DNA of 63,234 nucleotides, the filler included, from Octopus bimaculoides (taxonomy: Eukaryota): assembly GCF_001194135.2 (NCBI RefSeq). It is 5 parts of 5 records of this genome, joined end to end, with 100 filler letters (N's around TTAATTAATTAA, not from the genome) between each part and the next. Parts side by side here need not be neighbours in the genome. Positions count along the whole stretch, not along the records: positions 23,966 to 43,849 come from NC_068998.1; positions 43,950 to 57,970 come from NC_068986.1; 3 more parts are not named here. One strand, written 5' to 3'. Position numbers and translations under genes: made by a program. The notes below the pieces were generated by a model. That model did not search any database. It saw only the letters and a list, made by a program, of their open reading frames with translations, and had not been told where the DNA came from. Of this stretch, positions 36,551 through 48,856 are shown piece after piece; positions within the stretch are counted from its first letter, which is position 1; every line of letters begins with the position of its first letter.

Positions 36551-37949
36551 ACCAGTTTATCAGTCACAGATAAAGTTATTTATTGTGGTAGTAAAAAAAA
36601 AAAAAATGAAACTGGTGGAGATTGCCAGATCGTTATTCAAGAAATAATCTTTCATATAAATGAAATTTTATGCTAAACAAACTTTTATCAATGCAAGTGA
36701 AACATCACTGAGTTTAATACAGTTATTCCAAGTGATTTATTTATGAGTATTTGATTAATCCTTTCGCCCTTTTAACCTTATGTTCGGAAACCACAATTTA
36801 CGAGAAGACCGTTTCTTTCGACCAAATACAATGATATTTTGTTCTAATTTATTCAGTCAACAAGAAATCGTATAAGACACACATGACTTCACAAAATTTC
36901 AGGTTTTGATTTGTATAACACTTGTGTGTGTATGCCATGTCAAGTCCGCCCCCGTTGCCTGATTTACTTAGACTCGAAAGAACACTTTACCCACAAGGGT
37001 AGTTGATACTAGTGCTGGAAGTTAAAGAACGATACGGCATTTGAAACTTTATAATAGCAGTCTTTCTATAGTGCAATACTTCATTAGACAGAAACATATC
37101 ACTTTCCCCGTGATACTTCAAAATACCATTTCCACATATCTGCTTTGTCGGATATTAATCTCCAATCTGATATTCCCCAAATTGTGCTTTATACAAGGAT
37201 AATATATCGTATATTCCCCCTAAATTGAGTTATTTTGTTCTTTCCTTTACGTCCCACGTTCAAACTTCCCGGGGCTTCATTTTGTCATTCGTCTCTCCGG
37301 GATTACTAAAGTACATTACCATTATAAAACTATGTTGGGCTATGTGATACGAAGTTGGCTTTCCACTCACATGATCCCGGGTTCAGGCCCACTGCGTAGC
37401 ACATTGGGCAAGCGTCTTCAATTATAGCCTCGGGCCGACCATAAGATTGTGAATGGAATTGGGAGACGGAAAGTGAAAGAAACTCATCACACACACACNN
37501 NNNNNNNNNNNNNNNNNNNNNNNNNNNNNNNNNNNNNNNNNNNNNNNNNNNNNNNNNNNNNNNNNNNNNNNNNNNNNNNNNNNNNNNNNNNNNNNNNNNN
37601 NNNNNNNNNNNNNNNNNNNNNNNNNNNNNNNNNNNNNNNNNNNNNNNNNNNNNNNNNNNNNNNNNNNNNNNNNNNNNNNNNNNNNNNNNNNNNNNNNNNN
37701 NNNNNNNNNNNNNNNNNNNNNNNNNNNNNNNNNNNNNNNNNNNNNNNNNNNNNNNNNNNNNNNNNNNNNNNNNNNNNNNNNNNNNNNNNNNNNNNNNNNN
37801 NNNNNNNNNNNNNNNNNNNNNNNNNNNNNNNNNNNNNNNNNNNNNNNNNNNNNNNNNNNNNNNNNNNNNNNNNNNNNNNNNNNNNNNNNNNNNNNNNNNN
37901 NNNNNNNNNNNNNNNNNNNNNNNNNNNNNNNNNNNNNNNNNNNNNNNNN

Positions 37950-37996
<47 letters not shown>

Positions 37997-38046
37997 ATAT
38001 ATATATGCATGTATATAAGAAAACAGTAAAAGGGGTACAGTGAACT

Positions 38047-38101
38047 TACCGTGACTAGTGGAATATCCAACGTTTCTGATGCAATCCTTCTTCAGATGGC
38101 A
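38047..38101 (-). ncRNA. Slightly decayed type I hammerhead in a PLE 3' pseudo-LTR
   Basis: Minus strand: UGCCAU-CUGAAGA-a-GGAU-ugc-AUCa-GAAAC...GUC-ACGGUA; about 160 bp downstream of the GIY-YIG stop. Confidence 0.65.
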
Positions 38102-38263
38102 GCGAACGGAAGTTATAGTAAAGGGCGTGCAGAAAGGAGGAGGAAAAAAGCGATGGAGATAGTAGAGGTAAAAAATACTGGAATGTTGTAGAGAGAGGGT
38201 TAAAGGAGGATTAAAAAGGATAAAAAAGAATTAGGAGGAGGTGAAAAGATGAAAGGAAAAACA

Positions 38264-38488
38264 TTAATTCATACCTGTTCGAGAGATAGTGCCAAGACGA
38301 AATATGAGACGTTGCTCCTTTCCTTTCCTAGAGAAGGGCGTTCCGTGGTGCAGGGCCATGCCACACACTGATAAATCTGCAAGCGAATGATTCGTTGTGT
38401 TGAAGTGGGTGGCAACAGGTTGGCCTGGTATCCGAAACATTATGCTCTTCATGTTTCGATCAGCTGATCTCTTCTGGTTCACTGCCAC
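38264..38488 (-). mobile_element. Penelope-like GIY-YIG endonuclease C-terminus
   Basis: PVATHFNTTNHS...RKGKEQRLIFRLGTISRTGMN is the typical PLE terminus (EQxLIFxLGTxxxxGMN). Confidence 0.85.
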
Positions 38489-38489
38489 A

Positions 38490-38940
38490 CACTGCCACCA
38501 ACTTTACTGTCACCCCTTCCCGAACTTCCACTATCTATTTCGTCCCTAAAATATATAAACAAGATAATCCTATTGTCTCTACTTGCAATTGCCCCACAGA
38601 ACATTTAGTGGATGGCGACAGGTTGAAATATTATGCTTCTGATATATTTCGACCACTGTACATCAGCGGATCTCTTCTGGTTCACTGCCACACACTGCCA
38701 CCAACCTCATTGTCACCACACCACTATCTATTTCGTCCCTAAAATATATAAAGAAGATAATCCAGGCCGCCCTATTGTCTCTGCTTACAATTGCCCCACA
38801 TACCTTTCATCTTCCTACCTCGACAAACTTTTAACCCCTCTCGTCGCTTCCCTACCTTCGGATATCAAAGACACTAACGATGCAGTACATCTCTTCAGCA
38901 CATTCTCTTTCCACCTGGTGAATCCAAATTCCTTTTCACC
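38490..38940 (+). mobile_element. Penelope-like RT N-terminal fragment, inverted relative to the EN fragment and partly duplicated
   Basis: YFVPKIYKEDNPGRPIVSAYNCPT...YLDKLLTPLVASLPSDIKDTND. Confidence 0.85.
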
Positions 38941-39079
38941 GTGGACATTAAATCTTTACAGCATAGAGTAAGTACCAGGCTTACAATGAATACGTACTGG
39001 AGTCGATTTGTTCTAACAAAGCAATGCCCCAGCATGGCTGCAGAAAAATGACTGAAACAAGCAAAAGTTAAAAGAAATA

Positions 39080-39450
39080 CATGTGTGGTAAGAAGCTTAC
39101 TCCCAACCAAATAGTTCGGGTTTCAGTCCCACTGCGTAGCATTCGAGGCAAACTTCTACTAAAGCCTCGGTCCGACGAAAGCAGTGTGAGTGGATTTGGT
39201 TGACGGAAACTGAAATATGCCTGTTATATGAATGTATGTATATGTGAGTGTGTGTCGTTGTGCCTGTGTTTGTCCCACCACAACACCACCACAACTTGAC
39301 AATCATGTACCGGTGTATTTACGACCCCGTAAGTTAACGGTTAAGCAAAAAGTTATCGATGGAATAAGTACCATTAAAAAAATAAGCACTAGGGTCAAAA
39401 CATTCGACTAAATATTCAAGGCGGTGTCCCAGCATGGCCACAGCCTAATG
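39080..39450 (+). mobile_element. SINE family B, near full length (preceded by another tail at about 38960-39070)
   Basis: GTGTGGTAAGAAGCTT head, GGGTTTCAGTCCCACTGCG, tail GGTGTCCCAGCATGGCCACAG. Confidence 0.8.
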
Positions 39451-39791
39451 GTTGATAAGTGTTTTTATGACTTCCTAAAATAATGGTACATCAAGTTGGC
39501 ATCGATGGAACTTGAACTACTCACGACCAGGTTAATTTACAAATTAGTATGTGGGCCATTTACTGTACCAGTTTTTCAAAAGTGATACCTATACTATTAT
39601 AATGCTAGTTCCCAAAGTGCTACCCTTTCAAGGAAATAACAATTAACATCTTATTTCAAAACGCATTTATAACACAAAAACGCTTTACTAAAAGACAATT
39701 TCAAGGACTGTATATTTTGCGGGACAAACAGAAGTATTGCTTCTGTTTCTTTTCCATATCGCTCCTGAACTATATGACTCCTGATTAATAT

Positions 39792-39835
<44 letters not shown>

Positions 39836-40433
39836 NNNNNNNNNNNNNNNNNNNNNNNNNNNNNNNNNNNNNNNNNNNNNNNNNNNNNNNNNNNNNNNNN
39901 NNNNNNNNNNNNNNNNNNNNNNNNNNNNNNNNNNNNNNNNNNNNNNNNNNNNNNNNNNNNNNNNNNNNNNNNNNNNNNNNNNNNNNNNNNNNNNNNNNNN
40001 NNNNNNNNNNNNNNNNNNNNNNNNNNNNNNNNNNNNNNNNNNNNNNNNNNNNNNNNNNNNNNNNNNNNNNNNNNNNNNNNNNNNNNNNNNNNNNNNNNNN
40101 NNNNNNNNNNNNNNNNNNNNNNNNNNNNNNNNNNNNNNNNNNNNNNNNNNNNNNNNNNNNNNNNNNNNNNNNNNNNNNNNNNNNNNNNNNNNNNNNNNNN
40201 NNNNNNNNNNNNNNNNNNNNNNNNNNNNNNNNNNNNNNNNNNNNNNNNNNNNNNNNNNNNNNNNNNNNNNNNNNNNNNNNNNNNNNNNNNNNNNNNNNNN
40301 NNNNNNNNNNNNNNNNNNNNNNNNNNNNNNNNNNNNNNNNNNNNNNNNNNNNNNNNNNNNNNNNNNNNNNNNNNNNNNNNNNNNNNNNNNNNNNNNNNNN
40401 NNNNNNNNNNNNNNNNNNNNNNNNNNNNNNNNA

Positions 40434-40467
<34 letters not shown>

Positions 40468-40977
40468 TAGAATAATTATAGACATAATTATAACAAGGGA
40501 CTGGCTATAAGTCTCTCCACGTTAGAAGCCAAAAGACGCTAATACCACCTTGAAAGCTCCGAAAAATAAAACACGGGCTGTAGTCGAGCAAAAGAAAGAT
40601 AATGAATTAAACTTTTGGTGAAACGTGTGCAAGATCCCGTTTCAAGTTTAAGGTAAAAAAAAAAATTACACCCACTGCTCTCTTCAGCGACGTTACTCCG
40701 TAGCATAAATTCACGAGTATCTACACACACGTATACGAGCAGCGACTTCGTAAAGCAATATATATACACTCGTAAAAATATACAATAAAGTAGAATTCCC
40801 ATCTCTCTTTTCAGCCACCTGTAATATATCAAAATAACTCCGCAGTGAATGCAGTTTTGATCAAAGAGTAAATTTTTCACGCATATGTCTGTGTATATGC
40901 ATATGTACCTTTGTATGCATATGTTATAATGTCATTAATTGATAAACTCATACGCGCACACACTCACACACAACACA

Positions 40978-41054
<77 letters not shown>

Positions 41055-43116
41055 GTAAGAGAGAGAGACACACACACAGAGGGCGAGGTACTATTATTCT
41101 TTATAAGGTAATTTGCCTTGTTTATAGTTGGACTTAGAAAAAGTTAATTTTATTATTTTGCTTTTCGAATTTGCTATTTATGTACGCAACATACATACAT
41201 ATTAAAACTAGTTGTTTGTCGAACATAATTACATAAATTTGTGCAGATATTAATTATGAGCGTGTGTAGGATGTGGTGATAGATCGAAACGAAGCATAGT
41301 TGAATGTTGAATGTTCCTATAGGTGCCATATGGATGCTGCCACATTTGTGTAACATCCGATACAAATTAAGCATTTTCTATTGCTAGTACTCTTATACGG
41401 AACTACTCTATTCTCTATCTCACTAATGTATTTTTAATCATAGTCACATATTCATAAGCAGTTATTTTAACGCTATCTTCCTCAATTTGGAGTATCTATA
41501 TATCTATTTAGCTAGCTAATTGTCTGTCTGTCTGCCTGTGTATATATATTTATGGATGTATGTATGTATATATGTATGTATGTATGTATATATATGCATG
41601 TATGTATGTAGGTGTTAATATTATTAAATAGTTGTTTTAGTGCCTCTTATGTTACCGTCCTGTAACTCGATTCCATTTACAATAGCGTGTATTTTATCCT
41701 TTCTCTGTAAATATAGCACAAAGCCAGACTTTCAATAAAATAAGAATATATTTACGGCAGCTAGTATAAGTCCATAGACAATTATACGCCGATTTCTCCT
41801 CAGCTCGAGAAACATAAAATATTGCAACAAATAACAAGGAAGGGAAATTGTACGGGAAAGCGGTCACGACAAATATTGTCTACNNNNNNNNNNNNNNNNN
41901 NNNNNNNNNNNNNNNNNNNNNNNNNNNNNNNNNNNNNNNNNNNNNNNNNNNNNNNNNNNNNNNNNNNNNNNNNNNNNNNNNNNNNNNNNNNNNNNNNNNN
42001 NNNNNNNNNNNNNNNNNNNNNNNNNNNNNNNNNNNNNNNNNNNNNNNNNNNNNNNNNNNNNNNNNNNNNNNNNNNNNNNNNNNNNNNNNNNNNNNNNNNN
42101 NNNNNNNNNNNNNNNNNNNNNNNNNNNNNNNNNNNNNNNNNNNNNNNNNNNNNNNNNNNNNNNNNNNNNNNNNNNNNNNNNNNNNNNNNNNNNNNNNNNN
42201 NNNNNNNNNNNNNNNNNNNNNNNNNNNNNNNNNNNTGTGTGTGTGTGTGTGTGTTGTTTACTAACAGTTTCATAAGTTATCTGAATCCTAATATTTCAAT
42301 AGATTGCGACTGTTTTCTCTACGTATTATTATAAAATGCTTCTAAAGTAATGAGGCAATGTTATGAAGAACTGTATATTTATGCATCGAATCAGCATTTA
42401 GAAAATATATAAATGATGGAAATTCCTCTGCTCACGTTAGTACTTGCAATTGTCTTTATTTATATCTAAATTGATTTAATTATATGCTTAATTTTTGTGT
42501 GTCAAGTCGTAACGGTCGACTGAAATTATATTTTGATGTAAATAAATTCAATTAATGAAAGCCTCGAATAAATTGTGGTAAGCAAGCATCTAGATAAAAT
42601 GAAATTTGAATTATTTGACAACATAGTTGGACAATCTGAAACAAATGTTTACAAATTGTAAAAGTACTACAGAATGGCTTGCGTGCATCGAACATATATT
42701 TCGAGAGGTAACAATTAATATTGTTACTACTTCGTATTTATATCAAATCTTACCAGAAAGTCTTACGTCATTCCAGTAGCAGGGCTTTTGAGGCTAAGAT
42801 ACTGCTGAACCTGGTAAATATGACAACTCTCAGAAAATTTTGACGAGTTTTAATGAAGACTATCGCGTTATGATTCACAAAAGAAGGATAAATAATGAGA
42901 AGCGTGATTCGTATTAATTACATGGAGTCATGGAGATTTTCATTTTCACTAAGAGTAATGTAGATACGTATACTGATGTACAAATACATATATTCGTGTG
43001 TGAGTGAGGGGGGGGGNNNNNNNNNNNNNNNNNNNNNNNNNNNNNNNNNNNNNNNNNNNNNNNNNNNNNNNNNNNNNNNNNNNNNNNNNNNNNNNNNNNN
43101 NNNNNNNNNNNNNNNN

Positions 43117-43365
43117 TTAGGGTTCGGGTTTTAGAGTTAGGGTTAGGGTTTGGAGCTCAGGGTTAGGGTTTTAGGGTTAGGGATAGGGTTTTATACTTAG
43201 GGTTAGGGTTTTAGATTTAGGGTTTTAAAGTTAGGGTTAGGGTTAGGGTTTTAGGGTTAGGGTTGGGGTTTTAAGGTTAGGGTTAGGGTTTTAGGGTTAC
43301 GGTTAGGGTTAGCGTTGGTGTTTTAGGGTTAGAATTAGGGTTGGGATTTTAGGGTTAGAGTTACG
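43117..43365 (+). repeat. Degenerate telomere-like array with a 20-bp unit (TTAGGG-TTAGGG-TTTTAGGG)
   Basis: Consecutive 20-nt blocks such as GGTTAGGGTTTTAGGGTTAG recur about 12 times. Confidence 0.9.
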
Positions 43366-43949
43366 GAAAAATGTGAAAAATGAAGGAACTGGTGGGGGAG
43401 GGGGTAAAAATTATTTCTGAAAATAGTAACTGAAAAGCAGGAAAGAAAAAATTAAAAGCAGTAGAAATGTACGAACGATTGTGGTGGTGCCATGAAGTAA
43501 ACATGCCTCAGATATACTCATTTATTCATACAAACGTAACTGAGATGAAATATGTTATAAATAACAGTGACAAACGAAATATACACCGCCGGTAGTTTTT
43601 GTTGACAAACAACAGCAGTTATTGTATTCACCTCAATAGACGTCATTGATTGGTTGAAATTACCGAAATACGACTACTTTAACACGAAATAACTTCGAAA
43701 ATACACAATTTTCTCAAAAACGCCAAGAGTAAATAATGTTTTATGTGACACATGTTACCAGTATACGAATTTTGAAGGTGTTTAGTTACAAAAAATTATT
43801 TTTTAAATGTGCCGGCCAAAGGGTAACTATCCATATATATATATATGTTNNNNNNNNNNNNNNNNNNNNNNNNNNNNNNNNNNNNNNNNNNNNTTAATTA
43901 ATTAANNNNNNNNNNNNNNNNNNNNNNNNNNNNNNNNNNNNNNNNNNNN

Positions 43950-44080
43950 CATACATCAAAAGCAAAATTTTTTCAGGGGCCCTATTGTGGATCCCCCACT
44001 TTACTATTTTGTTGCATGGACCATCAAAAACCTTATATGGACCCTCAGGGGCCATATGGACCCCGGTTGAAAACCACTGC
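43950..44080. mobile_element. hAT (Charlie-like) non-autonomous element right end
   Basis: Ends GGACCCCGGTTGAAAACCACTG, the reverse complement of a CAGTGGTTTTCAACC-type TIR. Confidence 0.65.
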
Positions 44081-44759
44081 TATAGAGCGTTATCACACCA
44101 TTTTTTCCCTAGATGCACCGTGCGTATGATTTCGGTGCATTTTAGTTTTCCTGCGACTATATAAAAGCTCAATCCTTACTTTGTAGACATATAGAACAAG
44201 GGTGAGCGAAATTTATCTGCCAAGCTGAGCTCAGAAAGGTGATAGTTGCTGTTGCCCCAGGCTGGTTTTCATTTTGCAGACCCAGTCAAAAACCTAAGAG
44301 TAATTTCGGACCTCAGCTTACATCTCATTTTCGTTAAACAAATTTGCTGGAACCCACGCATACATATAATACTAATGTATCTATCTTTTCAATTTTATTC
44401 ATATTTTTGTTTGTAAGAATGTAGGTATAATTTGAGGGCAATTTGTCTCCTATTTCTAGCCGTTTGTGTGACCATGGAGGGAGGGGGCCCTTCGTTTAGT
44501 AGTGACTAAGAATTACAATGTGTTTCTGTATGTAGAATGCTTGTGTATGTTGTCATTGGCTATGCTTTGTCGTCTCAGATATAGGTTGACATGCAAAGCC
44601 CCAAACGTCGACATTTTGTGACCACCACCATACAACTACCTCAAATTCTCACGTATTATTTAGAAATATAATAAAAGTCATCCCTCAGACTTGACAAGCG
44701 TAAAAGTTGCATATTTTATAGAAAATTGAGAAAATGTGAGAAAAACAAGTAACTTTCCA

Positions 44760-46062
44760 GAATAATCGTAAACCAGCCAGCATGGTCGTTTAATTTGTAT
44801 TTTGGAAGATGATTCCTATGTCGACCAATCATATGCCTCGTTGAATTCATCACTCACAGTACAAGACGCCAATCCTACAGAATTCGACACTGTGAAAACA
44901 GTCCTTGCAAATGCTGTCAATAACTGATGCGCTCCAGCAGGAAGCAGTTGTACTTGTCTTTGACCAGGCCATTTATTCAAAGGCTCAGCAGATACAATGG
45001 GTTAATGAACTTTATTGTAAGAGATTGTCATTCATTTGGGTGCATTTCACACCGTCCTATCTATGCTTGCATGTCTAAGGAAACAGTTTGGAGATGCAGG
45101 TTTGGAGAACATCATGATAGGATCAAACATCGTAGCGCAACAGCGTTCTCAGTGGACACCATTACAATAGCAGCATCCGAGCTCATAAGTGCGTCGTGGA
45201 AGCCATGGAACGTCTGCGTTGGCCAGTCTACATGAGATCCCTCTCAGATGTAGACTACGCATTGGCATATGAAACCCTTGCTGAGCTTCATGCTGATTTT
45301 CCCTCTTTTTCTTTCACAGGGTTTGTAAAGGGAGAAGAATTTAAGGCTGTGGCATCTTCCTATCATTTTTTTGTGGAACAACATTCAGCCAAAGATCCAA
45401 GGTTCGATCTGTGGTCAAGCTACATTGAGATGCTTGAAGTCATCCTCTTATTTCTACGGGCAAGGAGACTGGGAATTACGCCTTTCTTCTATTTGCAGTT
45501 TCCTACCCTGGTTCTTTGCATACGACCGTACCAATTATGCAAGATATCTTCCAGTTTATTGGCATGAGATGAGTCAACTACCTGACAGTCATCCACAAAT
45601 TCATGAGGCCTTCATGCAAGAGAAGTTTGTTGTCCATCGCTAGACAGACCACGGATTCTGCGGAGTTGCTTGTGATCAGACAATAGACCAAACATGCAAC
45701 AGAGACACGAAAACAAAAGGTGGCATGATTGGATTCATAAGGAACAAAGGTGCAGTTGCCCGTTGGATTATTTCCCAACATGAGTGAAGTGCTATCAGCA
45801 AGTATTGTGAGGAGATAGCAAGGAAAGACGACAGATCCACAGAAAAAAGAAAAAGATCTTATTGTGGCCAACATGGAAAAATATGAAGAAGATATCTGTG
45901 CAGTTGTTAAAACAGTAGAGGCCATAGTCAATCCTTTCCAGGAAAATACCAAAGAACTCGTTCACATTGCATCAGGATTGATAGCTTCCACCGATGTCTG
46001 TGATGACTATACTTCTGCGTACGCAAGTGGAACTGATGCTTTCAAGGCTAGCTGCCTTAAAT
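44760..46062 (+). mobile_element. Large DNA-transposon transposase relic, probably Academ-type
   Basis: Frameshifted VVLVFDQAIYSKAQQIQW; LGAFH; LWSSYIEM; FFAYDRTNYARYLPVYW; CDQTIDQTCNRDTKTKGG; NPF. The superfamily assignment is from recalled motifs. Confidence 0.65.
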
Positions 46063-48420
46063 GACCACACGAATATTGATATGTTTTATTTAATTTGAAT
46101 CAACTTTGCCCTTTCATAGATTCAGGGAAATAAACAGAACGGCATTCAAGAGATTTCGAATGAAATAAGTACATGTTTTTCACTGCATAATATGCTAAAT
46201 AGTATATGAGGACTGACGGCTTCAAGTAGCACCTTATGTTGTTCTAGGTAGAACAGGTAGGAAAATTGAGGAGACCCATTACGGAACTGTGTAGCGCCAG
46301 AAGCCAGTTTATCCAGGAATTCTAAATACCAATTTTAAAACGCTTAACGGAGTTTCTAGAAAGTTCGAGCATACTATTTGGAGAAAGATTTCAACTCACT
46401 TGGTCGCACTACAGCTAATCTCATTGACCGAACCATGTCTGCGTATGCAGTAACGATTTCTGTTAATGGCGATAAAATTAGCTTTTGTTAACTTTTTTGA
46501 TAAAATTACCTTTTGTTACCGTATGGTAGGTCGTAGTCCTGCGCTGGAGAACCCAAGTGCAATGATTCAAAACTTAGCAGGAACCTCACTACAATATGAA
46601 TACCCATCTTCATGTTTGTAAAAGTGACTTCAGATTAATTGAACAGTATTAGATAAGGTTCTTCAATATGGTCTTCTATTATCTCATGGCTATTGTTGTC
46701 TTTACAATTGCCTCATCTTCCTATGATTAATTTTAGAAATATCATGTTTTGACTCTATCACAAAAATATCCAAAATTTATAGCACTTGTTACGCTAAGTT
46801 TTGACGATTTGTTATGGAAGATGTTTTAGAAAACCATGCTTGTCATTTAAATAGATTATAATTTTTTTCCTAGAAAGTAATGGCCTTAGCTTTACACTTT
46901 CTAGACACATTTGGAGATAAGAGGACTAAGTTTGGTGTTCACTGCAAAGCGAAAGTTTGCTTTCTAGTTCAATCATTAGTTTCAAAAGTAGAATTATTCT
47001 GAACGGCATGGCTTTCAGTACTTCAGTAGTATTTGAGAACAATTTAAGAGTGTGATTTAGGAAGAAGAAATAGATCTTTGACGATTCACATTGCCTTCAT
47101 CTACAAAACACTTCCATAGTGCCTTGAGGTACTCTTTGCCTAGTCTCAGAAAATAACTTTTTAGAACATCCCTCTATCTGAATATTCCGCCAAAGATGGC
47201 AAACGTGAGCCATCTGGTTACGATATAAAATGACAGATTAGAACAAAATTCCTTTTACTGTGCTAATGAAATCCTGCAATGGTTATATATTTTACGCACA
47301 ATATTTTCAACGTCAAATTCCAGGTTCCAATAGCAAATCTTGTTTCACTGCATTAAACATGGGTGTTATTTAACCACTTTTCCCCATCCTATCTGCACAC
47401 CCTTACAGTTCCCTCCAGAACTCCTCTACTCCTTTCACTCCCTGGACCATTTGTACTAAAAAATACACATCTCTCCTCCTCACCTCATCTTAACACACAT
47501 TAACCTCGAAGACACTTCCCTCCACTCTACCACATTCTTCTTCACACTCTCACTCACCAGCAATGCCACTCCCTCACGAGCCCTCACTCTCCCACTCACG
47601 ACACTCGTCCACTTACATCCCCAAACTGATACTCTCCCTTACTTTTCATCTTAGTCTCGCTCAGTGCCAGCACATCCATCCTTCTCCTCATCATCACACT
47701 CCCTATCTCTCTCCTCTTTACCTCACTTGTGCTACATCCACGTTCAATCCATGACCCTAGAACCAGGGTGAGATTTAGTGTTAACCTTTTCCCACCTCTT
47801 TGTCTTTTTCTTGCCGTCTTTTTAGGATTATGGATTTACTAGGAGGAGAGGATTCCCAGTCCTCTCGCTCCTACTCCATATTGTATTTTTAATAAATATT
47901 TTTTGTGGTCTCTATTAGTTTACATTTGTATTGCTTGCAGTGTGCGCAAGCGCTCTATTCCGCTTTAGACTTGACGTCTCAAGTTTAGTAGTTGAAACGT
48001 TGTTTAGTCATTGTTATCAATTTAAAGGTCAAGTAACATATCGTAGTCCCTTATCAAAATATAATAATCTTAGAAGTGTTGGGAAACAGTATTTTGTATC
48101 TTTGAAGTATCAGTTTCTAAAGAAAAAAGAAAACATGACCTTTGACACTTTATATACTCTTGTACTCAATAAAGCCGTTAAAACAAGCTTTTGCTGTGGT
48201 TTTCCCACATATTACATTTTCCCCTATCAATGAATGAATTATAACGATTTGAACGTTGGAGTCACCAGAATTCAACGGTTATATGATACTGAGGTATGTA
48301 ACCGAAAGATGTTGGTTATTTTCGTGTCCATGGATTAGATGACTGAAGCAATGGATATCAGTTAAATTGGCAGTTTTTCTGTTGCAAGACCACTTCGAGT
48401 CATTGAAATATAAAGGCTGG

Positions 48421-48856
48421 AAGGCAGTGAGCTGACAGAAACGTTGGTACGCTGGGTAAAATACTCGACGGCATTTGGTCCATCTTTACGTTCTGGGTTC
48501 AAATTCCGCTGGGGCTGACTTGGCCTTTCATCCTTTCGGGGTGTCGAAAAATTAAGTACCAGTTGAGCTCCGGGGGCGATGCAATCGACTTATCCTCTCT
48601 CCCAAAATCGCTGGCCTTGTTCCAAAATTTGAAACCGGTATTAAAGAGGCGAGCTGGCAGAACCGTTAGCAAGCCGGGCAAAATGCTTAGCAGCATTTCG
48701 TCCGTCTTCACGTTCTGAGTTCAAATTCCACTGAGGTCGACTTCGACTTTGATCTCTTCGGAGTCGATAAAATAAGTACCTGTTGAGTACTGGTGTCGAT
48801 GTAATAGACTTACTCCATCTCACGAATTTTCTGGCCTTGTGACAAAATTTGAAACC
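48421..48856 (+). mobile_element. SINE family A, head-to-tail dimer (48421-48636 and 48644-48856)
   Basis: GGC(A/G)..GAGCTG(A/G)CAGAA..GTT head, GTTCAAATTCC B box and AAAATTTGAAACC tail, each present twice. Confidence 0.9.

Noticed and set aside
46130-47400. Possible old retroelement or transposase coding relic
   Set aside because: No motif could be read convincingly in any frame.
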